Counted from the stretch's first letter, positions 38,656-52,231 are shown. The stretch: 64,000 nt of DNA from Zygnema circumcarinatum SAG 698-1b (GCA_037447605.1 CM074811.1:3162001-3226000), one strand, 5' to 3'. Program-made: numbers and translations. The notes: generated by a model from the sequence alone, not told the origin.

Positions 38656-41547
38656 GGTTTTAGACACGCTCGATGCGGTTTTGGATGTTGGCGGAGTTTA
38701 CGATCCGGAGAAGTTTCGGTTTGACCACCACCAGAGAGGGTTTGACCATGTTTTTGGCCACGGATTTGTGACCAAACTAAGCAGCGCTGGGTTAATTTAC
38801 AAGGTGATTTAAGTACATGTAAGGGTCTCATTTCATTTCATGGACTGTATTCAAAGACTAATTTCACGTACCTTTTGCTCCTCAGAACCTTATTTCAAGT
38901 CTGTTAAACTCGTACTTGACTATTATATTTGAACTTAACTATGTAATTAGTTTACTGATTAATTCGTGCTTAAATTATTAAGTCTCAACCGCTTTGTATG
39001 GAGTGTAATGCAGAGGCATTGCTGTACATAATTTTTTTTTCTTAGTTTTAGGAGAGATATAAGGGGAGGGAGAGAGATGGAAGGAGGCTGAGGAGGGAGA
39101 GGGAGAGGGAGGGGGTGGGAGAGAGCAGCATTTCGGGCGTGAAATAATTGCGAAGGAAATGGAGCTTCCGGAGGAGCATCCAGACGTTGAAAAAGTTTAT
39201 CTCACTCTCTACAAGACTTTCATGGAGGTATGTGAGGGGAATTTTTGTTTTTACTTAGAAAAATCTCAAAAATAATGATAATGATAATGATAATGATAAT
39301 GAGAAGCCTTGAACCCCAATGAGTCCGTCCGTAAAAAAATCCAGGTTGCCCTGAACCCTAATCTTTCAAAGGTCTCTGTCTCGATCCCCAATGCTATCAC
39401 CCTCCGTCCATGTGGAGCACAAAAAAAGTAAAGCGTAACCTAAAACTCTGAAACCAACCCTAATCTCCTTCAACAAAAAACTCAACCTCCCACACAAAAA
39501 AATCATCCATGTTGATCCTCCACGAAATCTGTTTAACATTCACCTAAAATCCCTAAACCCAAAAGACCCTTAACAAACCCTAAAAAAACCCTAATTTTCT
39601 TTTGTTTTTGTGGGGGGGGCAGGCAATTGACGGAATCGACAACGGAGTGAACCAGTACGAGACGGAGGCCCCCCCGCGGTACCAAAACTGTACGGACCTC
39701 TCCGCACGTGTGGGGAGCCTGAACCCTGACTGGACCGAGGAGGCAACCAAGGAGAGGGAGAACGCGCAGTTCGCAAAGGCGGTCGAGCTCACCGGAGGGG
39801 AGTTTCTCCAGGTGAGGGAGGGAGAGAGAGAGAGGGAGAGGGAGTGGGAGAGGCGGGGCGGGGCGGGGGGAGGCGGGGGGAGGGGGGAGGAGGGGGAGGG
39901 AGGGGGGAGGAGGGGGGAGAAGGGGAAGGGAGTGAGGAGGGGGGGAAGGGGGGAAGGGGGGGAGGAGGGAGGAGGGAGAGGGAGAGGAAGAGGAAGCGGC
40001 GGGGTGGGGCGGGGGGGAGGGGGGGGAGAGAGAGTGTGGAGGAGGGGGAAGGAGGGGGGAGGAGGGGGAGGGGGAGGAGGGGAGGAGGGAGAGGGGGAGG
40101 AGGGGGGAGGAGGGGGAGGAGGGAGGAGGGAGGGAGGAGGGGAGGGAGGAGGGGGAGGAGGGGGAGGGAGAGGGAGAGGGAGGGAGAGGGGGAGGAGGGG
40201 GAGGAGGGGGAGGGAGGAGGGGGCGAAGAGGGGGAGGAGGGGGAGAAAGGGGGGAGGAGGGAGGATGAAGAGGGAGAGGAAGAGGGAGAGGCGGGGCGGG
40301 GCGGGGGAGGGGGAGGAGGGAAGGGGAAGGGGGAGGAGGGAGGAGGGAGAGGGAGAGGAAGAGGAAGAGGCGGGGTGGGGCGGGGGAGGGGGGAGAGAGA
40401 GTGTGGAGGAGGGGGAAGGAGGGGGGAGGAGGGGGGAGGAGGGTGGAGGAGGGGAAGGGAGGGAGGAGGGGGGGGAGGGGGCGAAGGGGGGGAGGAGGCA
40501 GGAGGGAGAGGGAGAGGAAGAGGAAGAGGCGGGGTGGGGCGGGGGGAGGGAGTGGGGGGGAGAGGGAGGGGAGAGGGGGGAGGAGGGGGGAGGAGGGGGA
40601 GGGAGGAGGGGGCGAAGAGGGGGAGGAGGGGGAGAAAGGGGGGAGGAGGGAGGATGAAGAGGGAGAGGAAGAGGGAGAGGCGGTGCGGGGCAGGGGGAGG
40701 GGGGGAAGGGGAAGGGAGGGGGAAGGAGGGGGGAGGAGGGAAAGGGAGGGAGGAAGGGGGGGAAGGGGAGGTGGAGGCAGGAGGGGGAGGGAGAGGGAGA
40801 GGGAGAGGCGGGGCGGGGCGGGGCGGGGGGAGGGGGGAGGAGGGAGGAGGGAGAGGGAGAGACGGGGGGATGAGGGAGGGAGAGAGAGTGGGAAGGGAGC
40901 TGAAGAGGGAAAGGCTGATGGATTGTCTGAAGAAATGTGAGACAGGGGAGTCGGGTAGACGGAGAGTTGGAGGGGGAGGAAGAAATGAGATTTGAGAGAG
41001 AGAGAGAGAGAGGGCAAGCGAGAGAGAGAGAGAGAGACAGAGAGAGAGGGAGAGAGAGGAGAGGGAGAGAGTATAAGAACCTTCTCTGAGATGGTTTCCA
41101 TGTGGTTGGCAGAGTCTCCGTTACACCGTCAAGTCTTGGCTTCCCGCTCGCACCATTGTGAAGGAGAGTCTCGCTGCCCGAAAGGAGGTTCACGAGAGCG
41201 GGGAAATTTTTGTCTTGAAAAGATTCTGCCCGGTACTTGAGTCTTACTATCCTTTGAATGCTTCCTTTTTCCTTTACGTTTTCATTTTCATTGTCATTTT
41301 TCCTTTTCCTTTGTATGGCTTCCTAAATATTTAGGGTTGACTTTGGGTCGTGGGTGTGACGTGACAGTGGAAGACCCACTTACAGGAGCTGGAGACGGAG
41401 CTGAAGTTGGACCCCCTCCCCAAGTACATTCTCTACGAGGTACATTTAAACCTTCAAAAAAATAAAATAATTAAAAAAATAGCCCCTCTCAAATAAAAAA
41501 TCCACACCCTAAACATTCAGTCTATGTAACTGTACCCCCTTGTCCCC

Positions 41548-41579
<32 letters not shown>

Positions 41580-41870
41580 TTCAAACCCTAAAATTTTGAT
41601 GAGCATCATATCATGACTTTGACTTTGAGTTTTGGGGTTCAGGACGAGCGGTCCCACGATTGGCGCGTGCAAGCGATGGCGGTCGCGCCGGGGAAGTTCG
41701 AGAGTCGGCGCGCCCTCCCGGCGGCGTGGCGAGGGTTGAGGGACGAGGAGCTCTCCGCGGCGGCGGGGGTTCAGGGCTGCGTCTTCGTGCACGGGAGCGG
41801 GTTCATAGGCGGGAACCGAACCTTCCAGGGGGCCCTGGAGATGGCCGCGAAGGCGCTGGAGATAGAGTGA
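38041..41870 (+). CDS. MYG1: MYG1 (UPF0160) exonuclease with organelle-targeting N-terminus
   Basis: Exons 38041-38487, 38657-38803, 39129-39227, 39623-39811, 41113-41232, 41368-41439, 41643-41870. [66 protein letters not shown]. Confidence 0.95.
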
Positions 41871-42251
41871 AGGGGGAGGGGTTCTATGGACAGTTTAGGG
41901 TTGGGTGGGTGGTACGGTTGTACGGCGGCATAGAGCGGATGTGTACATGGAGAGGGGAGGGAGGGAGGGAGGGAGGGAGGGACGTAGGGAGGGAGGTAGG
42001 GAGGTAGGGAGGGAGGGAGGGAGGGGAGGACGAAAATTTTGGAACTTTTTTGGAACAATTTTGGGAACACGGAACATGGGAGCTCGGTTGATTCTGAGAG
42101 CTCGAAGGCTTTGGTGTTGGAGTGTGGTTCTGTGTTGGAAAATCTGTGCAAATTTGGCGTTGAACAATAGCTGTTTCCATCGCCGTTGCAGTTCCGTTCA
42201 GCCTAAGTTTTAGTTCCAGTTCCAGTTCCCGAAAGAGGCGATTCAAGTATG

Positions 42252-42424
42252 GTACATATCTTCAATATCGTTTCAGCGATATTCTGCGATACATATTTGA
42301 TACACTTGTACGGTATTGTACTTTTCGCACTTTAATCGTACAGTTTGGTACGCGACCGTACAAGTGCAGTTCAACTTCTTGTACGGTTTTGTGCTTTGCC
42401 TGCATATCCGTACATGTCTCGTAC
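42252..42424. promoter_or_regulatory. GTAC motif cluster (SBP/CuRE-like core) upstream of SDH1
   Basis: Nine GTAC in 173 bp (42252, 42308, 42318, 42338, 42348, 42358, 42381, 42410, 42421). Confidence 0.35.
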
Positions 42425-43174
42425 ATGTGCCGCTTCAACCTGCGTCCGACAAATCGGGAGTGGCGCGGGGACGGCCACGTTGGCCGCCCCACGGCCGCGG
42501 AGGCTGGCCACTTGGACCACTCAAAACCGGCCACGTGACAGTCTGCCACTCCAACATTTCTGGAGATGCTCCACGTGTCGCTCGAGGGGCGTACCACGTC
42601 AGACCTGGGTTCGCAGGCGTGTGTCCAACGACGGAGTACCGATTCCGGGCAGCTTCGGAAACAGACAAATGGGCGACAAAAATTTTCTTAAAAACATCGA
42701 AATGTGATGTCATGGGCAGGAAAAAAGGTTTTTTTGTTCAGTAGCTTATTTTTTAAGAATGAAAAATTATGGTTTTATTATCCAATCAGCGTGCTTAATG
42801 TTTCGTTTTTTGTCCATTCAAATTACTCCACGGTTTTCAGCAAAAAAAAAATCTTCCTATGGTAATAGATTTTTTGACTGCCCGAAAAAGTATCCGGAGC
42901 CCCTCAAACTTTCCCAATCGAAAGGCAAAGAATTTACGTAAATGCTCCCTACTTCCGTCAGTACAGTTCTTACATTCCGTACACTCCCCGGCTCCCCTTT
43001 TCCCCTCCCCTTCCTCCTCAGCGGAAGCGCCTTCTCTTCCTTTTGAAGCTTCCGACCGCTTTTAGGGTTTGAGGGTTTGAGGGTTTAGGGTTCAAGGCAC
43101 TGCTCCCTTCCAACCACTTTTAGGGTTTAAGGTTAAGGCCCTGCGCCCGCCGCAGGGTTTAGAGCTCGGCCGCC

Positions 43175-44768
43175 ATGTTTCGCGCCGCCTTGAAGGCGCT
43201 CCTGCCTGCGACACGTGGCCGCAGCTACCACACCGGCCGCCATGGCTCCCGCGTCCTCTCCAGAAGCGCCCCCTCCGCCTCCTCCTCCACTTCCAATGTA
43301 TGCCTCCCCCCTCCCTTCCTCCCTCCCTCCCATCATAACGCATGCCATGGCCATGGCCGTGCACCATCATGGTGCTTCTCATCATCAGCATCATCATCAT
43401 CACGATGCATGTAGACATCTTCTCCCAACATACCCTTGCTTCCATATTTTCCTTTTCCAAACCCTAATGCTTCACTCAACCCTAAAACTCTTCAACCTCT
43501 CACAGCTTTCAAAGCCCTCACAGGCTCCATCCTTCCAGCTGTCACACCCTTCCAAAACCCTAACGCCTTCAAATCCTGAACCCCTTCCCCCTAGCCCTCG
43601 CCCTAACCCTAACCTTCCCCGCATGCATGCATGGTGTGCAGGCGGGTCAGGCGTACCCCATAGTGGAGCACGAGTACGACGCGGTGGTGGTGGGCGCGGG
43701 CGGCGCGGGCCTGCGCGCGGCCATCGGCCTCTCCGAGAGCGGGTTCAACACGGCGTGCATCACCAAGCTCTTCCCCACGCGCTCGCACACCGTCGCGGCG
43801 CAGGTGCATGCATGCATGCATGCATGGCCCCATGGATGGATGCATGGATGCAGCACATGATGGCCGCCATGCATGGGAGGCATGGGGGGCATCGTGGGCA
43901 TGTGGCATGGGCATTGGATGCTGACTTATGGCCATCATGAGGGGCTTGGAAGGGCGTGAGGGAGCGGGTGGTGAGGAAGGGGGGAAGCAAAGAGCAAAAA
44001 GAGGGTCGGTTGAAAATGTGGAAGGGGCAGCGTTAGGAAGCAGGGAGGGGAAGGGGAAGGGGGAAGGGGAAAGGGGAGGAGGAAGGGAGCAGTCGACAAA
44101 GACTATGTCAAGGCACGATTTTTTTCAAAGGAAAGTAGGAAAGGTGTTTTTTTTTTTTTTGTTTCCTTGAGGAACTTTGTTTTGACGGAGACTCATTTGG
44201 AACAGCTTGTCGCCCCCACCTCCCCCCCCTTTCCTTTTTTTGTCGTGGGTTTTTGGGAGAGCAGGGAGGAATCAATGCCGCTTTAGGAAACATGTCGGAA
44301 GACGACTGGAGGTGGCACATGTATGACACAGTCAAGGGCAGCGACTGGCTCGGTACGCCCATCAAAGCAAAAAACAAGGGAATAGAACGGACTGTCTTCT
44401 TGCTTTTCGAGTCTGTATTGTCTAATAATGTTTGTTCCTGCAGAGTTTTTAGGTTTCACATGATGACGTCATCATCTGCTGATGCTTATCACAGCATGTG
44501 TCAGCGTCAGGAAGTCGGCAGAGTGTCATCTGCCCCTCTTTATTTTATTTATTTCTACATTTATACCTTTTAATTTTAATGGAAATTTTTCCTTGAATGG
44601 TCCTTGCAGGCGACCAAGATGCCATTCAGTACATGTGCAGGGAAGCACCCGCCGCGGTAATTGAACTTGAGCATTACGGACTGCCCTTCTCCCGCACCAC
44701 GGAGGGAAAAATCTACCAAAGGGCCTTTGGGGGACAGAGCCTCGACTTCGGTAAAGGTTAGTCTCTCC

Positions 44769-44799
<31 letters not shown>

Positions 44800-47700
44800 T
44801 CTCTCTTTCTCTCCCTCTCTCTCTCTGTCTCCCACTCTCTCTTTTCTCACTCTGTTTCTAGATCTGTCTCTCTGTTTCTTTGCCCCCCTGCTCTCTCCCT
44901 CTCTCGCTATCGCGCTCTCTCTCTCTCTCTCTCTCGTACTTCAAGCACCTCTTGAAATTTGGTTCACTTTTTAGCTAGCCTTTCACGATGCTTGGAAGTC
45001 TCTATTTTTGTCTTAATCCTCTCCCCCTGTCTGAAAAGCTATCGTAACTTTTCAATCAGTGTCTAGTTAAGAAAAGAAACCGCTACCGAAACCAAAACAT
45101 TCTCACCCCCCCCTCCCCCCCCTCTCTCTCTCTCTCTCTCACTCTCTCTCCCTCCTTTTTTGTCTTTTCTGCGTCAGGCGGGCAGGCCTACCGCTGCGCG
45201 TGTGCAGCCGACAGGACGGGCCATGCTCTCCTCCACACACTGTACGGACAGGCAATGAGACACAACACACAGTTTTTTGTGGAGTATTTCGCACTCGATC
45301 TCATCATGGATGAGGAGGGTGAGAGCTTCATAGAAACCCTAAAATGTTCAAATGTTGTCTTCAAAATGTGTCTTAACCGAACATTTCAAACATATTACTG
45401 TTTCTTAAACACGTTTGCTTACTACTAAAATAGGGCTAAAAGTCTATTCGTTGGGATTTTAGACTATTTGTGTGAAGACCCCCTCCTCCCTCCGTAACTT
45501 GATACATTCCTGCGAATGAAGCCAATAGGGGTGTACGTACATGCTAAACTAAATTTACATTATATATATTATACAATATTATATATGAACATAAATATTA
45601 ATATTATATGCAGATTTGTGTATGTAGAATTTTTTTCTTAATATGGAGCGTAGGGGGGCTGGGAATACAGGGGTCTGCCGGGGAGTGATAGCACTCAATA
45701 TGGAGGATGGCACTCTGCACCGATTCCGGTCTCACTCTACGATTCTTGCTACCGGAGTACTCTCTCTCTCTCTCTCTCTCTCCGCCTCTCCCTCTCGCTC
45801 TCCTCCTCCCTCTCTCTCTCCCTCTCCTCCCCTCCCTGTCCCACTCTCTCCTCTCTCTCTCTCCCTCTCGCTCTCTCTTTTATGTTCTGCAATCAAGCAC
45901 ATCATGAAACAACGGAGTGTTCAGTCAAACTTTAATTTCGTTCAATGTGAGGAAGCTCAAAGTGTGGCTGAAATGAAGCTGAGTTCAAACAATACCACAG
46001 GCTCCACTCCCTCTACCTCTACCTCAGCCTATACACTCTCTTGAGCCCCTTCATCTCTCCCTCTCGCAGTACCTCTCTCCCTCATGTCACCTCTACCTCC
46101 CTCCACCTCTGCTTCTCCCTTTTCATGACTTGCTCATACTCTCTGTCTCTGCACTCTCTTCTTTCCAACTGACCTCCCGCTTTTCCACCCTCCCTCCCCT
46201 CCATCCTTCCCTTGGTCTCTCCCACCCTCCCTCCCTGATCAGTTCTCTCTCACTGTGGGAGGGAGCAGGGCTATGGTAGGGCGTACTTCTCTGCCACGTC
46301 AGCTCACACGTGCACAGGCGACGGCAACGCTATGGCAGCCCGAGCGGGCATTCCTCTCCAGGTCAGTCCCAGGGCATTTGAACATTTAAAGAAAGAAACA
46401 AAAAAGAACTAGCTATTTCTAATTTGATCTTTTGTTTGTTTCTTGAACTTGTCGTCGTCTCTCTCTTCTCTTTCTCTCTCTCTCGCTTTCCCTCTCTCTC
46501 TTCCTCTTCTCTTTTAAGTACATGAAGCACGTGTTTTGAATGGTTTTTGGCAGCAAAGGCTGTGAGTCATGGCTGACTAAGATTTGCCGTGACTCTATGT
46601 GCAGGACTTGGAGTTTGTTCAGTTCCATCCAACAGGAATTTACGGTGCAGGCTGTCTCATCACAGAAGGTGAGGAGAAAGGTTTTCTTGAAGTGATGAAT
46701 ACAGATTTTGGTTCGGATTGTTTTGATATTTATTTATGTATTACACATCTAGGTTTAAGTGGTTTTACATTGGCGATCAGTGTATGCCCAAGCTAGATCA
46801 TTTCCCCACTCCCTCTCCCTCCCCCTACCCTCCCAACTCCCTCTCTTCCATCCTCCCTCTCTCTCTCCCTCTCCATTCCCCTACCCTTCCAACTACCCCT
46901 CTCTTCCATCCTCCCTCTCTCTCTCCCTCTCCCTCCCCCTACCCTCCCAACTCCCTCTCTCTTCCATCCTCCTCTCTCTCTCTCTCCCTCCCCCTACCCT
47001 CCCAACTCCCTCTCTCGTCCATCCTCCCTCTCTCTCTCTCTCTCCCGCTTCCCCTTCTCACACTCTTTGTCTCTCTCTCTCCCTCCGGCAGGCTCCCGCG
47101 GTGAGGGAGGCATTTTACGGAACAGCGAGGGAGAGCGATTCATGGAACGCTATGCTCCCACAGCGAAGGATCTCGCGTCACGTGACGTCGTGTCACGCTC
47201 AATGACAATCGAAATTCGAGAAGGCCGCGGAGTCGGTAAAATATCATTAACTGCTTTTTGGACTCTCTCTCTATTCCGCTCCCGCTCCCCTTTCCCCTCC
47301 TATTTGCTTCTCCCCTCCTCCCTCTCCCTCCCTCTCTAACGCTGTCCCTCCACCTCTCCCATTTGTCCCCCCTTCTTACACACTTTCCGCCCCTTCTGAC
47401 ACCCTCTATCTCATTCGCTCTCCCCCTTCGAACACACTCTCTCCTCCCTCTCTATCACCCTCTTTCTCTCTCGCCCATTCTCACACCCTCCCTGTCCTCT
47501 CTTTCCCCCCTCCTCACTCCCTCCCCGTCCTCTCTTTCCCCCCTCCTCACTCCCTCCCCGTCTTCTCTTTCCCCCCTCCTCACTCCCTACCCGTCCTCTC
47601 TTTCCCCTCTCCTCACTCCCTCCCCGTCCTCTCTTTTCCCCCTCCCCTTTCTCACTTCCCTCTCTCTCCCTTCCCCTCCCCCTTCCCACCCTCCCTCTCT

Positions 47701-50177
47701 CTCCCTCCCCCTCCCCCTTCCCACCCTCCCTCTCTCTCCCTCCCCCTCTCCCTTCCCACCCTCCCTCGCTCTCCCTCCCCATCCCCCTACTCACACTCCC
47801 TCCCTCTCCCTCCCCCTCCCCATTCCCACCCTCCCTCNNNNNNNNNNCCCCTCCCCTCCCTCCCCCTCTCCCTCCCCCAGGCCCCGAGCGCGACCACCTG
47901 TACCTCCACCTGAACCACCTCCCCCCCGCGGTCCTCAAAGAGCGCCTCCCGGGGATATCGGAGACGGCGGCCATCTTTGCGGGCGTCGACGTGACACGCG
48001 AACCCATCCCCGTCCTGCCCACCGTGCACTACAACATGGGGGGCATCCCCACCAACTACCACGGGGAGGTACACAGCTCTCTCTCTCTCTCTCTCTCTAC
48101 CCCTCTCTCTCTTTCCTTCTCACTGTCTCTCTCTCTCCCTCTCTCTATCTTTCTTTCCTTCTCCCTGTCTCTCTCTCCCTTTCTATCTCTCTTTCCTTCT
48201 CCCTCTCTCTCTCTCGCCCGCACCACTCTTGCTCGTGCCCTTCCTTTCCTTCCCTGTCATTTCGCTCCTCTCACTTTCTTGCCACTCTCCCACTCTCCTC
48301 CCTGCCTTCTCCAACCCCCACAAACCCCTTCAGTCTCTCCAAAAACCCAAACGTCCTTCCATCATTGCAGACCCACTCAGCACACTCACCCTCAAACCTA
48401 ACCCCAATCCCACCTATTTAATAACCTCCTTCTCCCTTCGTAATCCCTCCTGTCCCTTCCCCTCCTTGTCAACTATTCATTGTTTCTTCTTCTTTTCCTT
48501 TCCCTTTCCTTTCTTTTTCCTTTTCCTTTTTTCTGCAGGTGGTAACGATCAAGGGGGACAACCCGGATTCCGTCGTTCCGGGCCTTATGGCTGCGGGAGA
48601 GGCGGGCTGCGCATCCGTACATGGAGCGAACCGGTTGGGAGCGAACTCTCTCCTTGATATTGTCGTATTCGGGAGGGCCTGCGCCAACCGAGTGGCGGAG
48701 CTCCACCGCCCCGGTGAGAGTCTCTCTCTCTCTCTCTCTTTCTCTAGCTCTCTCTCTCTGACACACTCTCTCTCTCTCTTCCTTCCCAACTACGTTCTCT
48801 CTCTCGCTTTCTCTCCTCCCTTTCCTCTTCCTGTTCTCTCGCCGCTCTTTCTTCTTCCCTCTCTCTCCCCTTGTCTCTCCCACTCTCTCTCCTCCCTGTC
48901 TTCCTCAATCTCTCCCTAGCCCTCTCCCCCCTCCCTCCCTCCCTCCCTCCCTCCCTCCCTCCTCCCTCCCTCCCTTCCCTCCCCTCCGTTTCTCCCCTCC
49001 CCTCCGTTTCTCCCCTCACCTCCGTTTCTCCCCTCCCCTCCCTGCCCTCCCTCCCTCCTCCCTCTACCCACCCTCACTCCCTCCCTCCCTGCCCTCCCTC
49101 CCTCCTTCCTCTACCCACCCTCACTCCCTCCCTCCGTGCTCTCCCTCCCTCCTCCCTCTACCCACCCTCACTCCCTCCCTCCCTGTCCCTTCCCTCCCTC
49201 CCTCCCTCCAGGCGAGCCCCACAAGGAGCTCCCTCCCTCTGCGGGAGAGGGCACCATCGCGTGGTTGGACCGTCTGCGCTATGCGAATGGGAGCACTCCC
49301 ACTCCTCAAATTCGGCTCCGAATGCAAAAAGTGATGCAAAATTACGCCGCCGTTTTTAGGATGCAGGAGACGCTGGAGGAGGGTGAGGCAAAAACAGCAT
49401 AAGGGAAACGCTATGAAAACATGAAAACGAGTCTAGAAAAAACAAACAAAAATTCGGAGCTTCGAGTGGCAGGAATGCTCATGTTTTTGTTTCCAATTTT
49501 TCTACTGCAGAGATTGAGAGAGAGAGAGAGGGGGGGTGTTGGGGGGAGGGAGAGGAAAGGAGAAAGGGAGAGAGGGACGGACGGAAGGCAAGCAGTTAGG
49601 AGACATTTAGGAAAAAATTAAGGTGGTAATTTTGTTTTTTTCTTTTTTTCCTTGTCTATTTTTATGATGGGGAAATTGATATGGGAGGGTGAAATTGTTT
49701 GGAGTGCAGGAGTGAAACAGATTGATGACACGTGGAAGAGTTTTTCGGATGTGAAGATTGAAGACCGGAGCCTCATCTGGTAGTCACCTCCGAAAGACTT
49801 TGGAAACCCTAAAATACTTTAAGATTCTATAAACCCAAAAAACGTCAAACAGACGGAAAATAATATCATAACAGGATCATAATAGGGGTACAAATGGGGT
49901 TTACCTCTCCACCCATCTCACCTCATCTCATCTCATCTCATCTCATCTCTCATTTCACTCTCATTTCACCCATCTCTCTCTCCCTCTCTCTCTTATCTCT
50001 CTCTCTGCAGGAACACTGACCTCCGCCGGAGCACTAGGTTGGAGGAGCCTACAAATGAACACTGACCGTCACTATGCACTTTCGGCGAGACACGCCAAGG
50101 AGAGCAGCGGGGCTGCGGGGAAGGACTTCTTGTTACCCTACCTCTCTCTCTCTCTCTTTCCTTCTCCCTGTCTCTCT

Positions 50178-50208
<31 letters not shown>

Positions 50209-50210
50209 GC

Positions 50211-50308
<98 letters not shown>

Positions 50309-51208
50309 TCTCCCAGCCTTCTCCCTCTCCCTCCCTTCTTCTATTCCCTCTTCCTGTCTCTCCGTCTCTCTCGTTGTGCGTCTCCCTTGTTCCCCCTCGC
50401 TCGCCCCCGCTCTCTCTCGCACACTCTGCCCACCTTCTCCCTTTCCCTCTCTCCTTGTATTTTTTCTCCCTGGCTCTCTGTCTTTCTCGTTGTGTCTCCA
50501 TTGTTTCCCATCCCTCGCCCTCTCACACTCTCACCCTTTCCCTCTCCCTCTCTTCTTCCACTCCCTCTTCCTATCCCTATCCCTCTTCCTCTTCCTCTCC
50601 CCCTCCATCTCGCTTTTTATTACATGGATTTGGTTCAAAATGTTTTTCTGCCTCAATTTGTTAGGAATGAGAAAAAGAGTCGTTGCTTATTGAGTAGAAT
50701 AGTTACTTTTATGTAGTTTTTATTTATTTTTTCATTGAGGGGGGGGGGTTTGTGGGGCAGACCCGCGATGACGTGAACTGGATGAAGCACACTCTCGGGT
50801 GAGTGGGAAAGGAGGGAGGAATTAGGGTTTATGTAGTTCTGTAGGCAGAGCTTCTGGAAGTCTGAGGTCTACTCAGAAATTTAGACTTTTTTTTAGCTTT
50901 TGGGATCTTGACGGAGGCTTTTTGGGGTCTCGGCCTGTTTATTAATTTCTTCTCCCTTCTTTTTTTGGGCTTTAAGCGGAGTGTTGAGAGGTAGTCAGTC
51001 TATGGCGTTCCGTTATGGCGAACGGCTAACGGCTAACGGTTAACGGCTAACGGTTAACGGTCAACGGCTAACGGCTAACGGTCAACGGCCGCATGGATCG
51101 TGCAGGTACTGGGAGGACGGAAAGGTCCGTCTCGACTACCGCCCCGTTCACATGAACACGCTCGACGACCAAGTGCAGACCTTCCCTCCGAAGGCGCGCA
51201 CCTACTGA
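43175..51208 (+). CDS. SDH1: Mitochondrial succinate dehydrogenase flavoprotein (16 exons; exon 14 garbled)
   Basis: Exons 43175-43297, 43642-43803, 44265-44352, 44610-44756, 45178-45318, 45671-45756, 46269-46361, 46605-46668, 47092-47235, 47881-48068, 48539-48713, 49212-49382, 49710-49779, 50011-50131, 50761-50798, 51106-51208. [54 protein letters not shown]. Confidence 0.96.
51021..51090 (+). repeat. (AACGGYY)10 heptamer repeat in last SDH1 intron
   Basis: Ten consecutive aacggct/aacggtt/aacggtc/aacggcc units ending 15 nt before the acceptor. Confidence 0.9.
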
Positions 51209-52231
51209 CTGCTCGACTGGTCGGAGCAGGGGGGGGGGAGGGAGGGGTTAGGGTTTAAGGGGGTTAGGGTTGCGAGGAAGGGAAATCGAAGGGCCGTTAT
51301 GTAAAGTCGATGATATTGTTTGGCATGTGGGGAGGTTGGAAGGGGGAAGGAGAGGGAGGAGAGGGCGAAGGATTGGGAGGGGAGGGAGAGGGAGGAAAGG
51401 GCGGAGAGGGAGAGGGTGGAGAGGGAGAGGGAGGAGAGGGAGAGGGTGGAGAGGGAGAGGGAGGAAGGCGAGAGGTGAGGGTGCGAATGTATGGCTCGGC
51501 GACTTTGAATGTCGAGGTGTTAATAAGATAATGAGAGGACATGGGCCCCACGAGGAGGGCAATGTAAGCTTCGAGGAAGCGGTGGCTATTGCTTAAAGGA
51601 AGAAAATGCGAACTTGAGGTTCGTAAACGGTGTGGTCGCTTCGCCGTGTGGAGCATGAGTGTGCCATGATTTTGGTGGGGCTTCCATGTACTATGTTGCG
51701 ATGTTGTGGGGCCCAGGGCCCAACATGGGTCCATCGCTTTCACATGTCAATTGCTTTTTCCTTTGGGCATTGTAAAGAATTCAAATTGCAATACGCCAAT
51801 ACCGCAATTCGAATGTTGCAAGGACCATGTTGTACAGGAAAGTGTAAGGTCCGTACAAGTCAACAGGCCGTACATTCTTTCGGTCAACCGTACGGTCAGA
51901 CGGTCACAATTGTGCGGATAAATTTCTCGACCAGATCTAGCCTATTCCCAAGAGCCAATCAGCGTGTGTCACGTGGGACCAAGATCCGTTTAACAGCCAA
52001 TCACAGCAACCACAACTCCCCCTGAAACTCGCAGACGTGGCGATATCTTGTCACGTGCCGTTTTCCTACTGGTGGAGAGGTTTGTATACGTCTGACCTGG
52101 CAGCTGACGTGTTAGATTGTGTACACGTGTCCATTTCTCATTGGCGCAAGTCATCGAGGTAGGAGCTTGATGCCGTTTTCGAGGGCGCCTTTGGAAAACG
52201 AAATTTCGGATTTTCGGATTTCGGAGCAGCC

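Noticed and set aside
20262-51090. Short regular repeats as CRISPR-like arrays
   Set aside because: There are no unique spacers and no cas genes; these are eukaryotic tandem repeats.
51270-51596. 108-aa ORF after SDH1
   Set aside because: It has a TTG start, a GA-repeat core and no motif; probably 3' flank.
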